In this document: positions 12,861 through 26,076 of the stretch, piece after piece
Numbering within the stretch: position 1 is the stretch's first letter
How the letters are laid out: each line of letters opens with the position of its first letter
DNA from: Lama guanicoe
Taxonomy: Eukaryota
Length of the DNA stretch: 64,000 nt
NCBI GenBank assembly: GCA_013239625.1
Contig: MU053934.1
Location: forward strand, 3,800,399-3,864,398
Direction of reading: 5' to 3'
Notes under the pieces: generated by a model
The model's database searches: none
Seen by the model: only the letters and a program-made list of their open reading frames with translations
Told to the model about the DNA's origin: nothing
Made by a program: the position numbers and the translations under genes

Positions 12861-15631
12861 ATGGTATTTCTAAATACCAGCTACAATTAGAAAATAAAAT
12901 GTTTTAAAATGTGTAGTTTACAGTAGCACAAAAACATACGCAGCACCTAATAAAAATCACAGCTGTGTAAGATCACTATGGATAAAATTGTAACACCGCA
13001 CTGGGAAATTTTAGACAAATGGAATGTTTTAGTTCTCTAATTGGAAGACTTGGTGTTTTAAGATGTCAATTCTCCTCTAAATAAGCTTACAGATTCAGTG
13101 TAATCTCAATCAAAATCCCAACGGGATTTGCTTTTCTGTGGAATTTGACAGTCTGATTCTACAAATTCTATGGAAGTACAAATAGCAACAAGTAAGCCAT
13201 ATCTCACGCCATTTCTACGTGCGAGGTGCTTTTTACGTGCTCTATAAATAGAACTATTATTACTCCTCAAGAAAACCCCAGGAAGCAGGTAGTGTATTAT
13301 TCCCATTGTCGAGAAAAGGAAACTTCAGGGTACATGCTCTTAACCACTTCTCTAAAGGGCCTCCAAGAATAGCCTTGAAGGAGGGCAAGGTGGGAAGCCC
13401 TGCTATGAACTTGTTTTAAACGCTGTAGAATTAGGGCTCTGCAACCAAAACCAGGCCCAGGAAGGACCCTTGACCCACGGCTGAGGAAGTGAGACCTGCG
13501 ATGCGGATGGAAAGACTGACTTTTCGCAGGTGAGGCTGGGGAAACTGGTTATTCATGTGGAAAACAGGAAATTGGATCTCTCCTAATACAATAATCAATT
13601 CCAGGTTGATAAAAGACCTAAACAGGAGAGGCAGATCTAGAGAGCGCCCTGACCCGACACAGGAAAGTAGCTTCCTGTCTCAGGTTAAGGAAGGGTTCTT
13701 GAATGGACATGAAAAACACAAACGATAAAAAAGGAAAACACTTATAAATCCTACTGCATTAAGAACATCTGTTCATTATCAAAACACCACCAGGAGAGTG
13801 AAAAGACAAGCCTAGAGTGGGAGAAGAGATTTCAAATTCATGTATCCATCAAGGGACTAGTTTTCAAAATATAAAAAAGGTCATTGAGATGCTGCAAAAC
13901 CCCAAAATCACACAGCACAATTTTGCCAAAAATGGGTAAAACACTTGAACAGGAACTTTACAAAAGAGGAAATCCAAATGGCCTTTAAACTTATGAAAAA
14001 GTGTTCAACCTCATGAGTAATGAGGAAAATAAAAATTCCAACCAACAGAGACATTATCTTATACCCCTCGCCCCAGATTTAGAAAGGTAAAAATATTTGA
14101 TAATAAGCAATGTTAGCAAGAACGCAGAGCACCAGGAACTCTCAAAGATGGTTAATGGGAGTGAAAACAGAAACCACCACTTTGGAAAACAGTTAAACCG
14201 AATCTAAGAGTTGAGGCCATGCATCCTCCAAGACTCCGCAGCTCTACTCCTAGGTGTGTGCCTGACATGGTCAGAAAACAAGTCCCAGAATGTTTGCTGC
14301 AGACTCAAGGGGGCCAAACTGGAAACAACCCAAGTGTCCATCAAAGGTATTTGGAGCAATAAACTGTGGGATGTAGTCATATGAGCAACAAGAACGAATG
14401 AAACCCAGTTTCATCCAACAGCAGGGACCACGATGACAAATTGATGGCATTGATGGGAAGAAAGACAGCACGCAAAATGTTTCTGTCCAAGCCCAGAGAT
14501 GGGCAGGATCGAAACCATGCTCAGGGATGCATTCAGTGGTGAAACTACACAGAAAATCCAGGATGTCTGGTTCACACCAGTCAGGAGAGAAGATACCCTG
14601 TTGGGGGCAGGGAGCAGGAGCTGTGATGGGGGCTGAGCACACACTAAAGGGGCTTTTGGACTTGGCTGATGGTCATATGTGGGTGTTTGCTTTAGAGTTA
14701 TTCATTGAACTGTTTTATGTACTTTTCTAAATATATGTTCTATTTCACCGTTAAAAGGAAAAGAATGTCTAAATAAACAAAAAAATTTTTTAACATTATC
14801 TTTTGGTTAATAAATCATGGATGATATTTTCCTCTTTTTACTTTTCATATCTTCCAATTTTTCTTAAAAGACTATGTATTACTCTTAAATGAAAAAAAGC
14901 GTTATTATCAAAAGAAATCCTCTTAACCCCACTAGGGCTCGCTCACACTTCACCCCTTCCTGACCACCGTGTCCACAGTCCTTTCTCCCTCTTGCTCCCA
15001 CAGATAATCAGGCAGTTGCTGGGCACTTTTCAGGGGCCTGCTCTGGGGCAGACACCATGCTAGATGCTGGGGCTACACGGAAAACAAGGCAGTCATGTTC
15101 CTGCTTCAGGGAGCTCAGAGTCTGGGAGGAGGGCTAGGCATTAGACAACAGACAATAAAGTAATTCCAGGATGGGAAATAAATACTACAAAGACAAGGTG
15201 GTGCTGAAGGCTCTTCTGGAACCTCTTAAGCACATGGTGCCTTGCGTGGCTGCCATTTTTTTCAGGTCACTTATCTCCTAGCCAGATTGGAAGCCTTTCC
15301 GCCTGATGCTGCATCACCCCATGACTCACAGGCATGTGCACACACACAAACACACACGCACACGCGCACATACACACACACACAGTGCCGGGGGTCGGGG
15401 CAGAGCCGTGCTCAGCAAGCCTGTGTGCGGTAGATGAGAACCGACCCACTCTGACCCAGGGATGTGCTGTTCGGGTGGAAAAATATCAGACACAGGTTGA
15501 GGATCTTCTGCACCTGTGCTCCCCCTCCCCGCAGCTTTAATCAGACCAGGGGAGGGGGCCCTCTGCCCCAGGAACAGTGAAGGGGTGCACAGCTGGGACC
15601 AAGCCACGATGCTCCCAGCGAGGAGGCTTAC

Positions 15632-15782
15632 TTGGGTTTCTTGACGTCCGTCATCTTGGTGTGCTCTCCAAACTCCCGCTTCAGGAACTCCTCCAGGGGC
15701 CCCGACTCGTAGGGCCGCGAGCCCCGGAACACCTCATCCTTCATGCGAAAGTACACACCACGCATGTAGGCCATGGACTTGC
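15632..15782 (-). CDS. PLA2G6: PLA2G6 exon 12
   Basis: [49 protein letters not shown]; tcctag / gtaagc. Confidence 0.96.
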
Positions 15783-15864
15783 CTAGGAACAAGGGGGTCG
15801 GAGGTGGGGAGAGACACGAGGGCCGCCCCCCGCAGACGGCTGCGCACAGGCCGGCTGCGGGAAC

Positions 15865-16057
15865 CAGAGGGACGGATTTACAAGGCACGGACCAAGCTGG
15901 GGCGCCTGGGACCCTCCTGTGTAACTTCCCACACAGGCAGGGACCCCCTTCAGCAGCGCCTAGGTTTGATATTTCATTTGGTATTCGTAATTTTGTATTA
16001 TTTTCCTTGAAGAAGGGCCCTGAAAGTGTAAAAGCTTGTAAATCTAGATCCACCCTG
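15865..16057 (+). mobile_element. MER69A-like hAT MITE inside intron 11
   Basis: Ends cagagggacggatttac ... ctagatccaccctg; internal gtattcgtaattttgtatt...aagggccc resembles recalled MER69 consensus. Confidence 0.6.
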
Positions 16058-16409
16058 TTGGTCACAGAATAGAAGGAACAGCCCTGTCCTGTGAGCCTCC
16101 CAGAACAGATGGGGGTCAAAGGCGCCTCACCCAGGCCAGAGGTGTGCGTGCGGAGGCTGTGGAGAGGGGAGCTTCTGCCCGCATGAGAGGCTGAACTAGC
16201 CTCCAGCCCATCACTAGCCACCCCCTGCCCCCCAGCCCTGCTCCTTCCGCCCTCAGACTCCAGCACCCTCGGCTGCCCCACGAAGGGCTTACGAGCCCTC
16301 CCCTCCCCTATGACCCTCTCTGCAATGCCCTGAAAATAAACCCAGCCCAATTCAAGGGCAGGTCTCAGGCCCACTGATCCTGGCCCCCAGGCCCAGGGGC
16401 TGCCCTCAC

Positions 16410-16573
16410 TGTGCAGAATGGCCAGGGCCAGGATGCCCCCCGTGCTGGTCCCTGCCACCCAGTCAAAGAGGTCCTTGGTGGCAATGCCCGAGGCCTTCTC
16501 GATGGCGATGAGGAGCTGGATGATCACCAGGCCTTTCACGCCCCCTCCGTCCAGGCAGAGCAGGTGGTCATGG
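16410..16573 (-). CDS. PLA2G6: PLA2G6 exon 11 (glycine-rich DGGGVKG loop and GTSTG catalytic Ser)
   Basis: [54 protein letters not shown]; Ser codon at 16444-16446; ctgcag / gtgagg. Confidence 0.97.
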
Positions 16574-16945
16574 CTGCAGTGGGGACAGCAATGGGAGAGA
16601 AGAGGGACCCCTTACAGCCTGGCACTTGGCACACAGTGTCCCTGAGCATCTTTACCGCGGCAGCCACGTGAGTATGGGGAGACCAAGGCCCTTGGAGTGG
16701 AGCTCGCTTGCTACCGGGGCCATGGGGAGGGAGCAGTGAAGTCAGTACAGGAATAAACACAGTATTTCAGGAGGTGGAAAGTGCAAGAGAGAAAGATAAA
16801 GGAAGGTAAGTGCAGCAGAGGGGCAGGGAAGGCCTCACTGGCCAGGTGTCACCTCAGCAGACACCTGGATCTGTCTAGCCAACTCTGGATGGTGCACTCC
16901 CTAAGGGCAGCCATTGGGTTTTGCTCAGATCCAGATCCCCAGTCC

Positions 16946-17498
16946 GTAAAAAGAAGTTGTGGTATATTTATACAATGGAATACTACTCGTCCATAAAAAA
17001 TAATAAAATAATGCCATTTGCAGCAACATGGATAGATCTGGAGATTGTCATTCTAAGTGAAATAAGCTAGAAAGAAAGAAAAATACCATATGATATGACT
17101 TATATGTGGAAACAAACAAAAAAAAAGAGACAAACGAACTTACTTGCAAAACAGAAACACTCTCAGACATAGAGAACAAACTTGTGGTTACAGTGGCAGG
17201 GGAAGGAGGATAGGGAGTAAGTTGGTAGTTATAGAGATTTGCAGATACTAACTGATACATAAAGAATAGATAAACAACAAGTTCATGCCATGTAGCGCAG
17301 GGAACTATATTCGATATCTTGCAGTAACTTATGGTAAAAAAGAATATGAAAATGAATATATGTATGTTCATGTATGATGAAGCATTGTGCTGTATACCAG
17401 AAATTGACACATTGTAAACTGACTATACTTCAATAAATAAATAAATATAAATATAAATAAATAAATATATATTTAAAAAATATATATATACACACAAA
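16946..17498 (+). mobile_element. 5'-truncated L1 insertion with 14-bp TSD
   Basis: TSD CAGATCCCCAGTCC at 16932-16945 and 17499-17512; L1 ORF2 end plus 3'UTR and degenerate A/T-rich tail. Confidence 0.9.
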
Positions 17499-18914
17499 CA
17501 GATCCCCAGTCCCAGCCCTGATAAATGTCTGTTGGAATTAAGCAGGGCTGGGGGGAAGGGCTGGTCTGCAGCTGCAACAAACAGGTGAGATGGCAGGAAG
17601 GTCAGGCCCCACCACCCAGGTGGGAGCTGCAGAGGAGCCGGGGGCAGGGAGGAAGGACCATCTATATGTCAGGAGCCGTGAGGAGTTTCTACCAGCATGA
17701 ACTCACTTAAATATCCCAAACCCCTTCAAGGTGGGCACTCCCTGTTACCCGGTGCATATCTATAAGGGTTAAGCTCAGAAGTTAGATGGTCGCCCAAAGT
17801 CACACAGGTGGATCTGGACCTGGGTCTGCTGACTCCTGGGTCACACGTCTCCAAGCCAACCTGACCCGTCTCCCCCGGTCTCACCATGCCCAGTCCCCAC
17901 AGGAGAAGGCCTCCACAGTCTGTGCTCAGACCTGGAACCTTCCTTCTGGTCTCCTCTTCTCTCCATCTCAGCTTAGATGTTACCACTGAGAAGCCTGCCC
18001 GATGCCAGCGGGACCCTCCTGCTCAGCCTGCTCCTGCTCCGTCCACTTCCTTGGTGCAGAGCCCGTCACTTCCACAAGTAATCGCTTTTGGTCCCTTGTT
18101 TACTGCTTTTCTTTCCCCACTGAGGGCAGGGATCGGCTCTGCTCAGTGCAGCGCTGCTTATCCAGCGCACACGGGAAGCTCCCCACAGACACTCAGCTGG
18201 TAAATGAAGGAGACCATGAGACCCACCTCCGGGGTCCTTCATCTTTTCCTGGACAGGCTGCCCAGCCCCACAGGAAGCCCAGAGAGGCACAGCCCTGCAA
18301 GGCCCCTGACCAGGAAGGCTGGAGCAAACAGGCAGGAGACCTTTCTGAGGATGTGTGGCTGGTAATGGAGGAATTGACCCACAGGGAGCAGGGCTGAGCT
18401 GAGTGGCTCTCAGATCCTGCGTGGGGAGGTCCCCACAGAAGTGTCCTGACTCTTGCCTCAGCCTCCCTCCAGGAGGGCACCCAGGCTTATCCACACTCCC
18501 CTGGTCCTGCTGGAGAAACTGCCTCCTCCCTCCTCCTACTGGTCGGGACATGTCCATCCTCTTTCTGGTAACTTCCTTGGCCCCTGCACAGGGGTATGTG
18601 TGGAGAGGGCACTGTGTAGTGGAGGGGAAGGATGAGGAGGCTGTAAAATAGGGGAGGTGCCTCCCCAGGGCACACATTACAGGGTGGTGGAGGAAACGAG
18701 TGGGCTACACCAAGAAGAAGCCGATCCTTCAGGCGAGGAGAGGCAGAGCCACGCGATGCGGCTGCCTGGCCCTGGGATCAGGGGCTGCACCTGTTTCCAG
18801 GAGGAGAGAGCTTTCCCTGCAGAAATACAGCTGGGAGAAGCCTGCAGTAGCAGAAAGGGCATGGACTCGGAAGACCTGGGCTGAGACTGCTCTGAAACTC
18901 ACTCCGTGCACCCT

Positions 18915-19000
18915 TACCCTCTCGGGGACTCAAGTTCTGCATTTGCAAAATAAGGTGACTAATGCCTCCCTAGGAAGGCTGTTAGGAAAGCAGCATAGTA
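18915..19000 (+). mobile_element. MIR SINE fragment, antisense to PLA2G6, hosting a candidate poison exon
   Basis: ctctcggggactcaagttctgcatttgcaaaataaggtgactaatg aligns by eye to the MIR core ctctctgagcctcagtttcctcatctgtaaaatggggataataat. Confidence 0.6.
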
Positions 19001-19601
19001 ATAAACAGACAACAAATGAACCACCTCTGTTATTAAAGGGAGGGTGGAGAGACCACAGCCCATAGGAAGCATGCTTGTCCTGGTGATGCGCCAGGCCGGC
19101 GGGCACTGATTCTGGGCACCAGGGACTGTCCTCAAGTACACGGCTTGGGCTTCTTCTCTTTGTGCCCATCACCCAGGCCTGCCTCCTAGAACAGGCCTGG
19201 ATATTCAGCAGGTGTTGGGAAATCAGCCCACCCGACTAGCTCTCGGAGGGAGGCGGGGTAAGGAGTGAGTGGATCAGAGGGAAGCAGGCTGAGCATCGTG
19301 GCAGCTGTGGACTCTCTCCAGAGGAGATCTGGACCATCTCCGCCGACAATCCATGACACGGTCGGGGAGAGGAGGGACAGGACCGCAGCCAGCTCCGTCC
19401 TGTGACCCGGGGGCCTGCAGGGTGACTGATGGAGGAGCAGACCAGGCCCTCTGAAGACTCAAGTCTCTTTGCTGTGAACTGCAGAGGGCGCGAGCTACCT
19501 TGCAGAGCCAGGGGCAGACTAGACAAAAGCCCTGAGCCTCCTGAGGGGCCCCCAGGAGAGGCCTCGTGCCTGTGCCCCACCCCCCTTCCCTCCTCCACTT
19601 A

Positions 19602-19787
<186 letters not shown>

Positions 19788-21246
19788 CTAGCAGGAGCAT
19801 CTGCCTCCTGCCCCCAGGAAGGGCTCTTTGTCCCAGGATAAAGCTGAGCCAGAGGCCACAGGCCCCTCAGAGAGAGAGGCTGGAGATCAGAGGGGAGCCC
19901 ACTGCTCTGGGAATGGCCCTGCATCCTGCCCAGCCAGCTCCCGATTCTTCTCAATGTTTTCCTCCCGAAGCCCTGAAGCACAAGCACCCCTGACATGTCC
20001 TCTGTTTGCAGCTCACAAAGCGTTTCTTCGTGCAGGGGGGCCAGTGCTGCTGACAGCCACCATCACCAGAACCATCAACCCCAATTTATACGAGGCTCAA
20101 AGCCGTTACACAACTCATCCAAGGTCATTAAGCCAAAAAGGCTGAGTTAGGACATTCCTCAGGGTTTAACTCCATGAAGGCATGGAGACCTCCCTCCTCT
20201 CTTTAGATGCCTCTTGTCCTGATCCAGGTCTGGAAACTTCCTCTGCTGCCTCAGATCGGATGCACCCATTCAAGGCGCCCGTGTTTTCCCCTGTGCCCAA
20301 AGCCCACCCTGTGCCCACCCCATGGATTAGCCGCCCTCCTGACGAGCAGTGCGGCCCCAGGTGGTCTGGCTCAGCAGTGCCACATCCTCTGGATGCTGAT
20401 GGGCACCCCCCGACCACTGTGCACGGAGACTAGAAGCAGCAAAGCAGGAAGGCAGCCTGCCAGGCGGTGTCTCCCGCTCGCCAGGGCAAGTGGCCAGAGA
20501 GTGGGCGAGAGGAGCGGGAGACTGGCCGGGAGAGGCGGTGGACAGAGCGCCAGGGGGAGGTTTATGCAGCTGAGAAAAAGGGGACGAGGGGACTAGAGCT
20601 GCAGCTAAAGTCAGGGTCCAGTGGGCTCTGTGGCCCCTCTAGGCCCAGGGCATTACCCATCTGACGCCGGGCCCCAGGCCCACCATCCAGCCTGGCTTGG
20701 GTGGCTGACTGCCTGTAAAATTGAGAGATTAAGATGGGGGGCAGGTCCTGGGTGGGGATGGGCAAGGGGAGAAGAGAGATGGGCCCAGAAGGACTAACTG
20801 TGGCTGCCTGCTCTGCCTGTCCTGCGCTCCAGGCTTGGCTGGGCTATGCTGGCTGGAGGTGCTGGTGTCTGTTTCCCCAAGAGTTTTAAAAAGTTGCCAG
20901 TTTGCCAAGGGATCAGTCCCTGACAGCCCTGTTCAGGGGACCCCACTCCCAATCGATCCAGGGCCCTGGGTGGGCCAGCCCACAGAAAGCCCAGGGGCCA
21001 TCTCCTCAGGGGCCGTCTCCAAGGGCACCGAAGATACACGAGGTGGATGCTGGTTGCCCGGCCAGTAGGTCACCGAAGGAGCAGAGAAGTGGAGCACACA
21101 GGCCCCAGGCCTGATGGAGATTCAGCAGCGTGGCAGGAAGGCCGCCTTCTGCCTTGGGGCCTCGTTTCTTCCCCATCAAGGACTGCTCTGACCCAGGGGC
21201 CTGGGAGCCAGGTGGAGAGGAGGGAAGTGGGAGGGGAAAGGCCTAC

Positions 21247-21411
21247 CTAGGTTGTTTAAGCTGATCGGTGGGGGCTGAGATCTTTCCAAGGAGAAGAAGG
21301 AATGCTGCGTTGTCGCGGAGCACTGCTCCGCGGAGACCCCTTGGAGGAGTGGGGAGCGGTAGTCGGCCCCTACGGTTCTCAGCAGAGTTAAGAGCGCCTT
21401 CCTGGTGACAA
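21247..21411 (-). CDS. PLA2G6: PLA2G6 exon 9 (alternatively spliced 165-nt insert of the long isoform)
   Basis: [56 protein letters not shown]; symmetric phase 1-1; acceptor gacaag, donor gtaggc; this frame is not in the ORF track. Confidence 0.92.
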
Positions 21412-22343
21412 CTTGTCATGGTTTGGGGAAGGAGGAGATCGCACAGGATCATAAATTATGTCACATGCCAGTGAGAGGTCCCTCCTTTCCACACACGGCC
21501 CCCTCTCCCAGGCCACCTGGGTGTGTGTGGGATCGGGGCCCAGTTCCACTCCAGTCTGTTACATCCAAAGCAGCCTCCTGGGGCCAGGGAGGGCCCTGGG
21601 GGCCGGCCATGAAATACGGAAGGAGGTTGGTGTTGCCTGGCCCGAATATTTGAGGGTCTCCCTTTTCCTTCTGTGCCAGTCAAGAAAGCAGGACTCCCAC
21701 TGCCATGTTCAGCAACTCTCCAAGCTTTCAGGGCTCCAAGGGGATGAACCAGCCAGTGGGCGTTTACTCCCAGCTAACGGATGGGATAACTGAAAACGCA
21801 CATGTGCGCACACGCGCACACACGCCCGCTTGCGCACGCTATCGGGTACACAACCGCAGCAAACTCCACAGCTCCCTGAGACCCTCCAGGGGGGCCTCCA
21901 GGCTTCTTATAAGGAGGATCTGCTCTTTCCAGCCCCAAAGCCAAGGCTCACGGAGAGACATGCAACACATGCACCGGCCTGTGGCTAATCTTGCAAGTGG
22001 TTCCATCAAGAGTAGGGAAGAGGGTTGTTGCTGCTGCCAACCCCCGAACCCCTAGAGTCTTGGCACCCTGAGGCGGGATAGGGGGTTGCAAAGAAGACTG
22101 GTTTGGCAACTCCCAGCCCCAACCGGTGGCCTCCATCTAGCAGTCAGGGCCCCTGTTCTTGGAAAAGGAAGCCTGCCCTCTGGGCCTCCCAGGTGCTTCC
22201 AGGTGCCACTCCAGGCACAGAGCAACTAGGGGTGGGTAAGGACAGGATGCTGGCACCTTATGGCCGGGACTTCCCTCCTTCCCAGTCCCTGTACCCCCAA
22301 CCCACTGCTGCCCAATCCTGGTCCCAGACTGGAGAGCACGTAC

Positions 22344-22452
22344 GTCTGCTGATCTTAGAGGCTACGAATGCAGGAGTTTCCCCAGAGTCATTCGGGGTGT
22401 CCACCTCTGCCCCAAACACAATGAGGGCCTTGACCATCTCCACGTTGTCTTT
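22344..22452 (-). CDS. PLA2G6: PLA2G6 exon 8 (ankyrin)
   Basis: [36 protein letters not shown]; caacag / gtacgt. Confidence 0.96.
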
Positions 22453-23377
22453 CTGTTGGGGACAGAGGGAGGAGGGGAAATATACAACAGCTCAGGGAAA
22501 TGAAGAATAAAAGGACCCCGATCTCCTCCCCTTTAAACATCAACTCGGTGGGCCTCTCACCAGCACAAGGAGAGACCCTGGAACCCTTCTGACCTCCACC
22601 CACAGTTGATTCTGTATTCCAAAGTCTACAGTTTGAAGGCCAGTGCCCTGATACACAGGCTTAAAAGTATCCCCAGGTGAGGGTTTAATAACCCAGGCAG
22701 AAACTGGAAGTGAGCCACCCAGCCCCAAGCCCCGCCAGCTCCTTCCCAAAGGAAGCAATGCATCTATGACCCCTGAGCCAGGAGCCAAAGGGTCAGTCCT
22801 GATGGCTTTCAGGAGTAGCAGGAGTGGGTGAGCAAGGAAATAAAAGCTGTCCTGCCCATCGAGCCCAGGGGGCCAGTTCTGGGGGAGGAATCGAGAACAT
22901 GTCCTTCCTAACGGCATCTCCCCTCCGCACAGCAAGCGCAGGGAACGTCTGGAGGCTGGGCAGTGGGGCCAGAGGGGCACGGTTTCCCAGGACAAACCAA
23001 CAGACTGGCTGCCGGGAGACCTGGGCGCTGGTCCTATCACCTCCCCCTCTCGGGGCCTGATTTCCTAGCCTGGAAAATAAAGAGCTGTGTCTAGAATGCC
23101 GTTTTCCACACACCATTAGGATGCTCGTGGGCACAGGTAAATGTATGTGTTTCAACCATTAGTTATGTGCTTCTTTTTTGGTAACCTCTTATTTGTGGCA
23201 CGGTTTACCACCTGTGTTGTAATAGAACAGTTCCTTCCAAATAAATTTAAGTAAATTTAAAAGCAAGCCAACTTAAAGCAGTGACTAAGTACACAGTGGT
23301 AAACATGGTTCCTGAATGTGCCACAGCCTATGCAGATGGTATGCAGGTGACTAAAGAAAGGAAACAATGGCCTAGGT

Positions 23378-24800
23378 CCGCAGTTCTCAAAGTAAGACCT
23401 GTGGACCCCCGTGGATGCGGAGACCCTTCAGAGAGCCCAAGAGGTCAGAACCATTTTCATAAAAATACCAAGATGTGGCTTGCCTTTGTGCCATGTTGAC
23501 GTTGGCTCTGATGGTGTAAAAAAAAAACTGCGGATAAAAATGCTGGTACCTTCGCCTGAAGCAAGGCAGTGGCACCAAACTAACTGGTGTCACGGTTTTC
23601 TTCTCTGCCACGCACTCATCGTAAAAAGTACATTCGTTCATTCAAAAGCCAGCTTTCTTTTAGAAGACCCTTGATGAAGCAGTAAGAAACATCAATGTCA
23701 TTAAATTTCAACCCTGGCGTATTCAGTGTCAAAATAGAGAGTGTGCACCAGATGCTTCTGTGGCAGAATCAAGGATGATGGTCGTCTCCAGAAAAGCACT
23801 GTGTGACTGAGCTGCGAGCAGAACTGGCTGCTTTTTTTCATGAAACACTGTTTTCACTCAAGGGGACGACTGGCAGACAAACGACAACTGTTCAGCACTG
23901 GGGATCTGAGACATTGTCTCAAAAATGCAGTGAGCCTGTCACTGGAAGAAAAACAGCTGGCAATATTTTGTGCCAACGATAAAATTTAAGATTTCAAACA
24001 AAAACTGGCATTCTAACAAACTGGTATACGCCATGATGCGGCTTGACAGCATTCCCAAATTTAAAGGCTTTTCTGATGAAATCGTGATATTTACAAATGT
24101 GGGGTTTCAAGACCGTATGATGAAATGGGTCAACATTTGGAAGCTAGGCTTACTCAGCGAACCAATATTTTCCAAGGATGACATGAAATCATGTGTGGGT
24201 GTAAGATCCAGGAGAAGTATAAGAGATGAGAGTGGATTTTACTGCAACGAAGTGCGAAGAATCTGGGGAGAAGGTTTCAGAGCGTCCTCTGCCGCCGACT
24301 TGTCAGGAACTACCCCTCGCCAAGTTTTGGTGCAGTAGATAAGAATATACACAATGATCTGAAGAGCTACAACTACGTATCTTTTCCAGTTACGTACATA
24401 TCTATGTGAGGCCAGATTTCCTTCCTATTTTTCAACATATTCAACAACGTGCTGCAACAGAATAAATGCAGCAGAAGATAGGAAAATCCATGCCTTCTCT
24501 GAAGCCAGGCATTAAAAAGATTTCCAAAAATGTAAACCGGTGCCAACTCTTTTCATGAATTATTTTTCATTTTGGAAAATGAAGTTGTTTTTCATAAAAA
24601 TGTTATTTACATTAGCACGGGATTGGTAAATTACTGTTATTTTTCAATGAATTAATCAGTATTTTGAAAATTCTTCTCTTTTCATTTCTAATATGATAAA
24701 TATAGATAGATAAAATTCAAATAAACAAAGTCTTTGGGATCCTCAGTGATTTTTAAGAGTATAAAGGAACCAAACAGACCAGAAGGTTTGAGAACTGTTC
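23378..24800 (+). mobile_element. Near full-length Charlie1a hAT DNA transposon fossil
   Basis: Perfect 11-bp terminal inverted repeat CAGTTCTCAAA (23381-23391) / TTTGAGAACTG (24787-24797); ~1.42 kb; frameshifted transposase-like interior. Confidence 0.85.
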
Positions 24801-25572
24801 AACTACATAATTCAAAGGGCCCATTCAGTGCTAAAAATGTCCATGGTTTTATTTATAGTTTCAGCCTCTTGGGCAACAGAATCTCCTCTACAATTATGAC
24901 CTTTGGTATAAAACAGGATGTCTTTGAATTTGTCCTAAATCTACTTCCTCTGGAGTCCCAGGGGTCCCTCCCATTTTATCACTCTGACACTTGTTGAACA
25001 GACTTACGTGGGTATCACTATAGTTTTACACACACGTCTGTAACAAATAACATTCTCACCTCTGCACCTAATACGTTCACCCTGCAGTTGTCTAACGAGA
25101 CTATAGGGGATTTAAGGGCAGGAACTGTGCTCTGTGATAAACCAGCAAAGGTGACCAGCATGTAACATGGGCCACGCAGATGCGTAAGGAGGCGCCGCCT
25201 CCCAGGAGCTTGGAGTCTACCAGGGAGACAAGAGCAACACGGAGATGAGTACTCTTCCCTAACGATGCAAGGAAGGAGAATGAACACCTCGGGGACGTTC
25301 ACTCCACGCCACGTCTTACATGTGCCGCTGAGACATCCCTGGTGGAGTTACCAAATGTCTATCACTGAACGCTCCCCACAACTCTGCCAGGTGGATACTG
25401 ACACTCCATTTTCCAGAGGAGGAAATCCAGGCTGACAGAGGTGATGTGAGGTGCCCAAGGCCACAGTAGCCAGAGCTGTCCTTGTCCTCTCTCCCAGCAT
25501 CCAGGTGTCAAATGGGGACACAGGAGTGAGAGGTACCAGAACACAGAGAAAGGGGTGGTTATTTTGGGCTCA

Positions 25573-26076
<504 letters not shown>

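Larger units (their letters stand above)
7720..14760 (+). mobile_element. Ancient degenerate L1 (L1M-type) block filling most of intron 12, with nested insertions
   Basis: A-rich plus strand with decayed ORF1-like (~8500-9450), ORF2-like (~10250-12300, 13000-14250) and 3'-end sequence; boundaries approximate. Confidence 0.7.

Noticed and set aside
19140..19280. Ortholog of the human ankyrin-iPLA2-2 extra exon
   Set aside because: Only vague similarity to the recalled peptide; no convincing splice sites or frame
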